Virus record (IMG/VR): IMGVR_UViG_3300045988_132725
Strand: one strand, 5' to 3'
DNA: 64,000 bases
From: a virus
The notes under the pieces were generated by a model. That model saw nothing but the letters and a program-made list of their open reading frames with translations, ran no database searches and was not told the DNA's origin. The position numbers and the translations under genes were made by a program. Positions 35,188-44,800 of the stretch are shown here, piece after piece. Every line of letters begins with the position of its first letter. The stretch's first letter is position 1.

Positions 35188-37152
35188 TTATAAATATTCG
35201 TTAGCATTCGCTGGTTTTTGTTTGGTTACGTATGTACAGTGAAACCTAACCGCTCTTCCTTGTTTATCTGGCCAGTAATGTATTGGACAGGTAACAGTCC
35301 TATCATTAGCTTGACATTCCCACACAAGCCCGTAATTTATATCTTCCTTTCCAATTCCCGTGTTTATTGTACCGCATATATAAGTGGCTGGAGCACCAAT
35401 ACTGTTAGGGATCACAAACCAATTCCCCGCATTTCCTTTTGGCTCTATCATACCTCCAACCGATACTACACCTCCAACTTGTACGAATGTCAAACCATTA
35501 CCGGGTTGAGCCGTACAGATTCCAGTGGTTGATTTTAAAGCGTATTTTGTATCAAGCCCCTTCATTTCTTCTTGGACTATCTTACGAACCCCTTGATCCG
35601 CAGGAGAATCTCCTATCTTGGCTGCATCAATCAAGTTCCTTATCGCTGCCTTCTCCGTATCGGTTAATGTAGGTAAATCTTTAAGTTTCTCATTCTTCCT
35701 AAGATAAGCGGAATCGCATTCATTTTTGGAATACACGTTAAGGTTATTTCGTCCAACGGCCTTGTCTTGTACATCGCTAAGGTTATTGGCTGCTTTTAAG
35801 GCTCCACTTACAGCTTGGTTTATATCATCACCATTTGCGTAATCATCTGGGTTGATCCTATCGAGCTTGGCTTTGTACGTTGATGTGAAATTTTCGTCAG
35901 ACAATACCTTTCCGGATACAGCATTCACTTTCTTGTCCAATCCCTCATCGACATAGTTTTTAGAGGCATATTTAGATGAAAGTGTTTCTCCATTGTTTTG
36001 TAATTCTCCGACAACATTTACTTTAGTGCCTTGTAATGTGATATTTCCGCTTAAATGATGTTTGATTCTTAGATCATTCTGAGAGGTCTCAGAGAAACCT
36101 ACGGTTCCCATAATGACACCGTCCTTATCTTTCCACGCTATTGATTTTATATATGATGACTCTCCGTATTTATGGGCCGTATCACGGAAGACCAAGCCGA
36201 ACTCGTTTGTAGATTCCTCATTGATCGTGCAATACGAGTAGTTCATGTTCAACGCTCCGTCTGACCGGAACAATAATTTTCCCTTACCATTGTAGATATT
36301 GAGATGTCTTGGCTTGGTCGCTCCAGCATTATAACCGCTTCTATTGATATTTAAGGAACCATTTTCACTATTGTCAAAATAATTATAAATATCTGTCCCC
36401 GATATAAGTAATTCGCTAGTCCTTATCTCATTGGTCATTAATTCATTGATGGCCACGTTGCTTGGAGTAATCACCAGTTTCTCTATACCATCAGACATAA
36501 AACGTGTCACACCATCGAAACCGAACAACAGCTTACTTAACTCCTTGCCATTTTTCAAGAATGTGAATTGAGCGTTTCCTTCAGATGTTATTTTTTCTTC
36601 GATCTCAACTTGCTTATTTGGATTCTTGATCGAGAAGCTGGAATCATTGACAATATTCCCCTTTACATACAAGTCTTTCTCCATCACGATGTTTTTAGAG
36701 ATGGTTTGTTGTTCAAAGGAACTGTCGAGCGTTACGGCATACTTTCCAAAGAATTCATCCTTTAATCGAGGGATATAAGTACTTGTGATCTTGATATATT
36801 GTCGCCCATCTAATGGCATTTCACCAACCCCTTCGCATCCATACTCTATATATCCTAACTGTGTTGGGTTTTGAGCGTATGAAACATCATATGGCTCATT
36901 TTTTTCCACTATATAGAATGGAGTTGAAAGATCTATTGTCTTTCCTTCAAAGTGACGGATTTTTCCATTAATATATACATATCCTGCCGATATGCTTAAA
37001 TTCGTATTAGTCCCCGAAGTCTTGCAACCAGATACTATGAAATTCTTACATCCATCAAAAATAGATGCTAAGGACAGTGATAATTCTTGGAGACCGATAA
37101 AATCTTCTATATAGGTATACCGACCTCCTGTTTTTGCTACGTATTCTCTCAT
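35188..37152 (-). CDS. Tail fibre protein
   Basis: Carries the KKVNAVSGKVLSDENFTSTYKAKLDRI fibre repeat motif. It lies downstream of the baseplate wedge genes. Confidence 0.65.
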   Translation of the reverse strand: MREYVAKTGGRYTYIEDFIGLQELSLSLASIFDGCKNFIVSGCKTSGTNTNLSISAGYVYINGKIRHFEGKTIDLSTPFYIVEKNEPYDVSYAQNPTQLGYIEYGCEGVGEMPLDGRQYIKITSTYIPRLKDEFFGKYAVTLDSSFEQQTISKNIVMEKDLYVKGNIVNDSSFSIKNPNKQVEIEEKITSEGNAQFTFLKNGKELSKLLFGFDGVTRFMSDGIEKLVITPSNVAINELMTNEIRTSELLISGTDIYNYFDNSENGSLNINRSGYNAGATKPRHLNIYNGKGKLLFRSDGALNMNYSYCTINEESTNEFGLVFRDTAHKYGESSYIKSIAWKDKDGVIMGTVGFSETSQNDLRIKHHLSGNITLQGTKVNVVGELQNNGETLSSKYASKNYVDEGLDKKVNAVSGKVLSDENFTSTYKAKLDRINPDDYANGDDINQAVSGALKAANNLSDVQDKAVGRNNLNVYSKNECDSAYLRKNEKLKDLPTLTDTEKAAIRNLIDAAKIGDSPADQGVRKIVQEEMKGLDTKYALKSTTGICTAQPGNGLTFVQVGGVVSVGGMIEPKGNAGNWFVIPNSIGAPATYICGTINTGIGKEDINYGLVWECQANDRTVTCPIHYWPDKQGRAVRFHCTYVTKQKPANANEYL

Positions 37153-37694
37153 TTTGGTTCTGATATTTTAATTTGAAATGTTTTGCCAGCGATCCTGTAC
37201 TCTTTGATCGTATTGGCTATCATGGGCACGAACTCCTCTTGTGGGATATTTATCTCTGGAACAGATATACTAAAGCTTGCCTTGTTGATGGTAAGATTCT
37301 CTTGCCGGTAATAAAACAGTTTGGGTTCCTCATCCGTTCCTATGACTGAATCCCAATCATCATCAATACTCCATACCGTACAAGGTGTAAGGTTTGGGTC
37401 TTTTTCTCTGTATATAGGAACGCCAATATCGATAGCGTCCTCGATTTCTATAGAATTATCCTTATCCACGAAATATTTTCTATATTTCTGATTCAAGTAC
37501 CATCTAAATAGGATCACTTGACTCGTCATGGATGCCTCGATCTTTTTCTCCCTTGCGAAATCAAGAAACTTGGAGTTGGTTTTTTGCAAGGGAGATACCA
37601 ACGACTGAAGGAATAGCACGTATTTTCTGTTCCTGAGAAAGTATGGAACAAGCATATTGACCAGCCTGTCAAAATTTATGGAATACCTGCTCAT
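37149..37694 (-). CDS. Baseplate protein (Mu gp48 / P2 gpI-like by position)
   Basis: Size and position between the J-like protein and the fibre. 4-nt overlaps with neighbours. Confidence 0.4.
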   Translation of the reverse strand: MSRYSINFDRLVNMLVPYFLRNRKYVLFLQSLVSPLQKTNSKFLDFAREKKIEASMTSQVILFRWYLNQKYRKYFVDKDNSIEIEDAIDIGVPIYREKDPNLTPCTVWSIDDDWDSVIGTDEEPKLFYYRQENLTINKASFSISVPEINIPQEEFVPMIANTIKEYRIAGKTFQIKISEPK

Positions 37695-38578
37695 AACGAA
37701 TCAACCTTTAATACGATAGATTCACGGAAGTTAGGAATATCCTTCTCTTCTCCCTCCTTGGATGATTCCCTAAGAAAACCAGAGCTTGCATATGTCATTC
37801 TTCCGACTCTCTTCTCCTCAGATTGGGTTCCATCGCTCTCATATGATACGATATACACCCCTTGTTGAGGTACAGCGTTTACGTCCATATATACGTCAGT
37901 TACATGCTCGACAGCCATCAAACAACTTACGATACTGGATACATAGATCGCCGAGTTGAATTTTGTCTCCATGATGAATTTGTTCAAGGCATCGTCAAGC
38001 GCACTTCTCATTGTCTCTTCCATTACGCTACCATCATAAAAGACAGTAAGTCGTGGAATGATTATATCGCCTTTCCTGCTAACCACCTCTATATAAGTCC
38101 CGGCGAACTTAATCTGATTGATATAAGCGGTAACTTGCGTCAATTGATCTTCAGTGAGAGGGGATAGTTTTCCGTTGGTTCCAGTGGCTACTTTCAAGAT
38201 GAGCTTCGTGTCAAGGCTCTGAGGATTGCTACTCTCTTGGTAAGATGCTTGCGTGATGATTCTTTTTGTCTCGTCTGTCTTTTCATACCCAAATCCCAAT
38301 CCGTCATCCTTAATTTTTAGTTTGTCACCATGTTGATATTTCAACGCTGCATTGACATAGTAGGAAGGAGTTCCATTGATCCTGTCCTTGATGATATCAT
38401 TGATATCAACAATAAACGTGTCCATGATTGTCTCGAAAGAATAGATAGCGGCCGAGACGAACCACGCTATCCCGTTAATGACGGATACTTTGGAATCGCT
38501 CTTGTATTCGGATAATTCAAGGCGCTTGTCCTTTTCCGCTACGATCTCTTTGTATATCTCATTTATGCTTCTTGCCAT
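37691..38578 (-). CDS. Baseplate wedge protein (gpJ/gp47-like by position)
   Basis: Position and size only. Confidence 0.4.
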   Translation of the reverse strand: MARSINEIYKEIVAEKDKRLELSEYKSDSKVSVINGIAWFVSAAIYSFETIMDTFIVDINDIIKDRINGTPSYYVNAALKYQHGDKLKIKDDGLGFGYEKTDETKRIITQASYQESSNPQSLDTKLILKVATGTNGKLSPLTEDQLTQVTAYINQIKFAGTYIEVVSRKGDIIIPRLTVFYDGSVMEETMRSALDDALNKFIMETKFNSAIYVSSIVSCLMAVEHVTDVYMDVNAVPQQGVYIVSYESDGTQSEEKRVGRMTYASSGFLRESSKEGEEKDIPNFRESIVLKVDSL

Positions 38579-38580
38579 TG

Positions 38581-39507
38581 TTAAATCGTATATGTTTTAT
38601 TGTTTAGGATTATTTTCCAAGGACCACTTGATTCCTTATGCTCGTTAACCAATACCCAGATAGCCTCCATCCCGCTTTTTGGATGGAGTAGGACATCCGG
38701 CTTCTTGTACTCTCCGGATGGCAATGTTGAGCCGACAAGATTTATGGTGCAATTCCTCCTTATCCCATAATTTTCGACAAGCCCGATAAGATACTTATCC
38801 ATGACACCAGACCCGATATTGCAATAACCTAAATTTATGGTGTGAGCATTTTTAAAACCGATGAGAGGGGAAAGGTCGTTAAGCCTGCATTTTGTGAATC
38901 CTACCTCTATTAATCCATTTGTGTCTACCATCTGCATGAAATCAATTCCTGACAGTTTCGTGGCCCCGTTGATCTTTATGGTTTCCATATGCAGGGGAGC
39001 GAAAGATAATATCTTGTTAGGATACAAGTCTGATAAGTCCAAATCATATAGTTTGAAATCACCGAACAATCTTATTCTCCTGTCTACGGTTGTATCGCTC
39101 GTAAGTATGTGACTGTAATATTTATAAGAGCTGGAAAGCGTTATTCTCTCGATCTCAGCATTGTCTCCCCAATCAACATATATATCACCCTCTCCAGAAG
39201 CGCTGATTCCTATCATCTTCTTGTCTGAGGAACAATATATTTGCATCCTTATATTGGTATGCTCTTTGAAATATATGTCACCAATCCTATTAGAGGGAAC
39301 GATATTGTTGCTTTTGTAATATTGAAGTACCGTTTGATCCTCGTAATAATATGGCGTATATTGTAACCTGTCGCCGCTTTTAATCTCAGAATCGATCGAT
39401 AGGGTAGGGTTGTTCACCATTAAATCCAGCAAGCCCTCTATCGATCCGTATAGAGATAACGCTACATCAAAAAGGTTCTGTCCTGTTTGTACCGTGTACT
39501 CAGCCAT
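38581..39507 (-). CDS. Baseplate-associated protein with an N-terminal LysM-like domain and an LRR-like C-terminal half
   Basis: YTVQTGQNLFDVALSLYGSIEGLLDLMVNNP...IKSGDRLQY fits LysM. LSDLYPNKILSFAPLHMETIKINGATKLSGIDFMQM...CRLNDLSPLIGFKNAHTINLGYCNI looks leucine-rich-repeat-like. Confidence 0.45.
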   Translation of the reverse strand: MAEYTVQTGQNLFDVALSLYGSIEGLLDLMVNNPTLSIDSEIKSGDRLQYTPYYYEDQTVLQYYKSNNIVPSNRIGDIYFKEHTNIRMQIYCSSDKKMIGISASGEGDIYVDWGDNAEIERITLSSSYKYYSHILTSDTTVDRRIRLFGDFKLYDLDLSDLYPNKILSFAPLHMETIKINGATKLSGIDFMQMVDTNGLIEVGFTKCRLNDLSPLIGFKNAHTINLGYCNIGSGVMDKYLIGLVENYGIRRNCTINLVGSTLPSGEYKKPDVLLHPKSGMEAIWVLVNEHKESSGPWKIILNNKTYTI

Positions 39508-39508
39508 G

Positions 39509-40162
39509 TTATATCTCCTCTCTCGCTTTAATGGCTATCTGTCCAGTTTCGGAGTCTATGTTAACTTCCTCGACAAACATCTTATCTCGGTTAAACTCCT
39601 CCTTGATCTTGATTCCTAAGCTGGAATCGTTAATATTACCGTTAAGGTATTCTTGGAGCGCTATCCCTGTAGTAGGATATTGATAGAGGTTCCCGGCGTA
39701 GCTTTTCAGTAGATAGGACTCGTTTTGCTCAAGCGACTCGCATAAGGATAGATCGTAAGAATACATGTCCGACACATACACTTGATTATCTATTAGATTG
39801 AAACAATAGCAGAATCGATCCGATATGACAGGGAGCGTGGATGCGTATACCTCTTTGTCATTTAAGTCCTTAACCGTATAATACTCGCTGTTGTCGATAG
39901 GGTTAAGGATCGGGTAAGCGTTATTGGACCCATCTATAGCCCAAAATGACATCTTTATCTTTTTATATTTCAAGCAAGCCGGGATATATACGCCAACACC
40001 TTCCTCCAAGTCATTATTCTGGAAGTTACTCTTGAATTGACACTTTCCATACAAATAATAATCATCCTCTTTCTCCCAAGAAAAATCAACCATATACCGA
40101 GGAGTCCTTTCCGATAGGGATAGGTCTCCGGTATCAAAATCTACCGCAATATCTGTTCTCAT
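39509..40162 (-). CDS. Hypothetical tail/baseplate protein (217 aa)
   Basis: ORF in the tail module. Confidence 0.4.
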   Translation of the reverse strand: MRTDIAVDFDTGDLSLSERTPRYMVDFSWEKEDDYYLYGKCQFKSNFQNNDLEEGVGVYIPACLKYKKIKMSFWAIDGSNNAYPILNPIDNSEYYTVKDLNDKEVYASTLPVISDRFCYCFNLIDNQVYVSDMYSYDLSLCESLEQNESYLLKSYAGNLYQYPTTGIALQEYLNGNINDSSLGIKIKEEFNRDKMFVEEVNIDSETGQIAIKAREEI

Positions 40163-40216
40163 ATTCTTTATCGTTGTTTATTAAGATTAGGTTATATATT
40201 GTTGTTTTGTTGATAC

Positions 40217-40252
40217 AAAAAAGGGGAGAAAAGCTTGTTCGCTAATCTCCCC
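40217..40252 (-). terminator. Rho-independent terminator ~220 nt downstream of the 127-aa gene
   Basis: GGGGAGA / TCTCCCC 7-bp stem followed by T6 on the minus strand. Confidence 0.55.
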
Positions 40253-40474
40253 ATGCCATAGTGGTCTTGGTTTTTTGATTAATCTACCCTTGCCTCCCCT
40301 GTTAAAGATGAATAAGTTAGTGGTGTTCGTTCACGCATATTACAGAACTCGTTTCGGTAGAACTGAGTATGTGAGACAACACTATCGTTCATTGCCTCGT
40401 AGATAGAAGTTGTAATTTACCTTAATAGTGAATGGGAAAAGAAGGTTGGATTTACACCAGTCGGTCTTTTAAAG

Positions 40475-40858
40475 TTAAGGTTGTGGTTTTTGGAGTGGTG
40501 CTTTAGGGATCGCCTTGCTGTTATCCACCAATTGGGCGCATTCATTGAACACACGTTCGACAAATTCCCATACGTCATCCGTGAACTCTTTCTCTGAGGC
40601 TCCCTCACAAGCCTCGTTAAGGTATTTGGCTAGGTCCTTGGTGATCTCCAACTCGATCGGGTTCTCTTGGTCTATCTGAGGATTCCAAGAGATAGATCCC
40701 GTTTCCTCGTCTTGCTTGATCTGGTACTTATCATTATCTTCCTCCGATAACTGTACTTGTTTCACCAGTTCTTTTTTCAAGTTATACGTCTTATAGTCCA
40801 CCGGTTTTTGTGGTAAAAGGTTCAAGAGATAGAACCTGTCTTTAACGAATAGTTTCAT
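40475..40858 (-). CDS. Hypothetical acidic 127-aa protein
   Basis: ORF immediately downstream of the ORF-free region. Confidence 0.45.
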   Translation of the reverse strand: MKLFVKDRFYLLNLLPQKPVDYKTYNLKKELVKQVQLSEEDNDKYQIKQDEETGSISWNPQIDQENPIELEITKDLAKYLNEACEGASEKEFTDDVWEFVERVFNECAQLVDNSKAIPKAPLQKPQP

Positions 40859-40889
40859 TTCGGTATTAATTTATTGATTATCAGTATTT

Positions 40890-41575
40890 TGTTTTCTTTT
40901 CTCCCTTACGTTAAAACGCAGCATCCCCTTTATACCCTAGAGAAGAATGTCTCATTCAACCTTTAAGCACCTTAAGTACCAAAAAGACGTACTATCCCCC
41001 GGCATGGCTCGCATACCCCCAATAGTACCTTGAATGAATCCTCAAACTTCTCTCGACCCCATACAACACTTCCGTACCCCAAGCCTTGAACGTAATTAAT
41101 GTTTTCTTCCTGATTACTAACGACTCCTTCTACCAACCGACTCTACTGCTTCTTCCTCGCCATATCAAAGCTGGTAATTATCATAATCGCTTTCTGTCAG
41201 TTATAATCTACATCCGCTCCTTTGTCGCTCATTTACCTCATGGTGCTTAGATTGCGCAGAACGCTTTATTCTTCTCTAGGTTCCTGTTGTCAGGGTAGAC
41301 ATTGCAGGATTTTTTACTTCCCATGTGCAAATGGTTATATGGATGCCACTTTCCTTTGTTCCCACCTTACGGCGTGGACTGAGGGATATAGATCGCCTAT
41401 CTATTATTCGTAGATTCAGCGATCGCACAGGACTCAGTGTTACGGGTAGCGTCTCATTACTCATTCTACCCGCCTCCTATCGGTTTGTTTACCGCCAGTT
41501 TTCCGACCATTTTTAGGTTTGCCACGATGTCAATTCCGAGGCTCTCACCTCTCAACCCCTCCGCTGAAGGATTAT
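40890..41575 (-). ncRNA. Candidate large structured non-coding RNA (class unknown) or very long structured leader
   Basis: About 700 nt with no ORF over 89 codons in any frame, in an otherwise tightly packed genome. The transcribed strand is G-rich. There are several nested complementary segments, two of which are G-U wobble on the minus strand but A-C mismatches on the plus strand. Confidence 0.4.
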
Positions 41576-41785
41576 TGTTTATATAAGAATAGGTTTTTTT
41601 TTGGAAAAGGTTTGAAAAAGAGAATGATTTTTTCAGATAAATGTTTAATGTGTTGATTATTAGTGATTTTTTGCTGCATATTAAGCATGGAATACCAAAT
41701 TTGGTAGATAAGCTTTGGAATATAAAAATATTCAAATAGGACTAAGAAGACTTTTTACTTCCTCGTTCTAAGATGAAATCCTCTC

Positions 41786-41810
41786 AAAAAAGCAATATGT
41801 CTAATTTGCT
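41786..41810 (-). terminator. Weak terminator after the giant fibre gene
   Basis: AGCAA / TTGCT 5-bp stem followed by T6 on the minus strand. Confidence 0.3.
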
Positions 41811-41831
41811 AGAAAATGTCCTTATGATTAT

Positions 41832-44800
41832 TTATAAATCGGTATCAATAAATCCTGTATTTCCTAATGAGTAAGTTTGTCCGTTAAAATCACGGATGTA
41901 AATTCCTCCGGCGGTAATAATTGTTTTTCTTATTATTTTTTGACTTGGGTTTGAATTCTCATATGCGATACCTTTGAGAACTATATATGGGGAATATTTT
42001 TCAAATATGTAACTTAAATCATTGTTACTTATATTGTTAATATTCATATAGTCTCTTGGCATTTTTATTTCCCATGTTGATTCAAATGTGTATTTACTGC
42101 TGTCATATATTGCTTCATTTTTGTAATATCCAGAAACCATTCCTGAATCAAGCCTATTATAATGGTTAGGGTCAAATTGTGATTCGATCTTTTGTCCTTC
42201 GTACATCGTCAATCCATTGCTCTGCGATAACTCCCATTTATTCGTAGATTTTATGGTTCCAGCACTATTGATAGATAAAATCCCATTATTTATGTTATTG
42301 GAGGATATTGCCCATCCACCGATCTTACCGCTTGTCGCTGTTACCTCTCCAGAGAAAGATCCACTGGCAGCTTCCAGCTTGCCTTTAAAATGTGCGTTAC
42401 CATCCATATCTATATAGAATTGCGGTGATCTTATGGCTGCTTGACTCCCATTACTATATAGCGTTATTCCAGAAGTAGAGAAACCTTCAGATGTTCTCTC
42501 GGTACCTGTATAGATACTGTTTCCGGTTATATTCCATTTACCGATCGTTCCTGTTACGGCGTTTATCTTTGATGTATCGACTGTTGCGTTCACCGTTACA
42601 TCTTTTCCGAATGTCACCTTACCTTCCTTATCCCATTTTATGTTTCCTTTCGCTAAGCATCCTGAGCCATCGTTACCAAGTCTCCAAAAGGTGTTTGTGT
42701 CTCCTGTAGAAGGATAAGTCTCTCCATCGACTATGGTCATTTTAGCGTGTGCGATAGTTCCATTTGAATCGATATAAATAACGGAATCAACCACTGAGCC
42801 TGTTACGCATTCATGTTTAAGACCTTTGTTTGTAATTTTCCAGCCTCCAATTAAACCACTGGTCGCTTCAATATTACCTTTAAAATAAGCGTTCCCATTA
42901 GTATCTATCCGAAAGTTCTTTGCTCTTATTGCTGCTAAGTTGGCTCCATCGCTATAGAATGTTATTCCAGACGTAGAAAATCCGTCAGATGTTTGTTTAG
43001 TTCCGGTGTAAAGATAATTCTCTTCTATCTTCCAGTTCGCCAACGTTCCTTTCTTTGTCGTGAGTTCAAGAGTGTTTATTATATCGGCTGTTATAAACTT
43101 GGCTTGCAAATCTTCTGTCTGTATACTGTCCGCTTTTAACGCTGCCGTTATGACTTGTTTAGCTTCAAGCGTTCCTGTATAGATGCCGGTTGAGGTTATC
43201 TTGGTCAATCGAGACTGGAGGTCTGCTTGTGACAATCTCCATTCCATAACGGTTTCTGAGTTTGTCAATATCATCGAGTTGTTTGTTATATAAAAAGTAC
43301 CCGCTGTCCCGAAACCAATGTAGATATACGAGGAGTCCATGCCTGTGAAGTTCTCTATCTCTACATTCGTCCATGTGTTTTTGGTAAGTGGTTTGGTGAC
43401 AATATTGTTATTGCTTGCCCCAAACTTGATGTACATGTTTGTATTTACATTTGAAAATATCCTGAACGCTAAACTAGCGGGATCGCAAATCTTATTGGTT
43501 GAGAATCTGACGCAATTTTGTGATACTGTTGAGTCTGTAGCTGAAGTAGAAGTGATACTTAACCATGTATTGACATATAAAGACAGGGTTATCCCATAAG
43601 TTGTTATTCCGGGAAACGTGTAAATGTTGGTTGTTTCGTCTTTTGTATACTCTTTGAAATCCGTATGTTTTATCTGGTTATCCATGATATCCTTGTATCC
43701 ATTATAGTCCATGTTTCCCCAACTTAGCACCACGTCCTCCCCGAACTCAATCTTTCCGGTGGATGAGTTGTATTTGATATATTGTTTGTCTGCGCCTAAT
43801 TGAGCGTTTCCCACGGAGTCAAGAAACCAAGTGTTCTTGCCTTTATTGAATCCATAGATACCATTGATTGTTCGTGTCACGTATCCTCCGGAAGGATTGG
43901 CTACCTTTAATGGAAGATTTCCTAACGCCAACCCTGTCAATGTTCCATCTGAGTTCTTTGTTCCAGCGAATATCTTAGGGGTTATAACTTGATTTCCATT
44001 GATCTCCGTCTTGTTGGTATTCCAATCATTGACCCAATCTAATAAGTTTGCATCTTTTCCGGGTTGGCCTATCTCTCCATCTTTTCCGAAATGACCTATT
44101 ACATGCGGGACGGAGGTCTTGCTGGTATTGTCCGTATATTTGATTACCTCATAGCCCCATAGATATGGTTTATCTTTGCTTATAACTTGTGAGTTGACGT
44201 TCGTGCTCCATCCAGAGGTACTGGTAGTGACTCCGGATGACGCTGTTGTTGCCAAATAATAGTTGGTTATGGAAGATATACCGTTACCAGTTGCTCCGGT
44301 ATCCCCATATACGCCTATGATTTGTACGCTCTCTTTTTTTGTGCCGTCCGAAAAGTTAATCCTCTCCTTGTTCCATAGGTATTTGTTCGTTGGTGTCATC
44401 TCTGGTATATTCCCATCCCATCCGGAAGGTGGGGTAGTTTTACTGGATGATACGGCGTACAGTTCTTCTATGGATAGAATCCCGATCCCGTCTTCTCCCC
44501 GTATGCCGTCAACCCCATTGTATACCTTATATACGCTAATCAGGTCGTAGTATTCTTTATTGTTGACGATAGCCGTATATTTGATAGATAGGTTGTTCTT
44601 CTGGCTCCAGATACTAGATGTATCGCTCAACAATAGAGAGGTAGAGGCGCTTCCTGCGCTAATCCAAAATCCATTGGGAGATAGGTATTCCCATTTCCTG
44701 CTCGTAGGAACGATATTTATCTCCTCGGCCTCTAAGGCTGTTATGTTGCTATCTACCGTACCATCCTTATCATAATAGAATACGTTTCTACCAGTGATTC

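Noticed and set aside
40417-40608. 63-aa minus-strand ORF overlapping the end of the 127-aa gene
   Set aside because: It is out of frame within a better-supported ORF and runs into the 3' untranslated segment. The sequence is basic and low-complexity.
41095-41160. tRNA-like D-loop sequence (GGTTGGTAGAAGG on the minus strand) suggesting a tRNA gene
   Set aside because: No acceptor stem, anticodon arm or GTTCRANYC T-loop could be assembled around it.
41222-41735. Four 62-89-aa ORFs on both strands inside the ORF-free region
   Set aside because: They are mutually overlapping, have odd composition (Arg/Ser/Leu/Cys-rich) and lack plausible starts or context. They are treated as chance ORFs in a non-coding, probably RNA-encoding segment.
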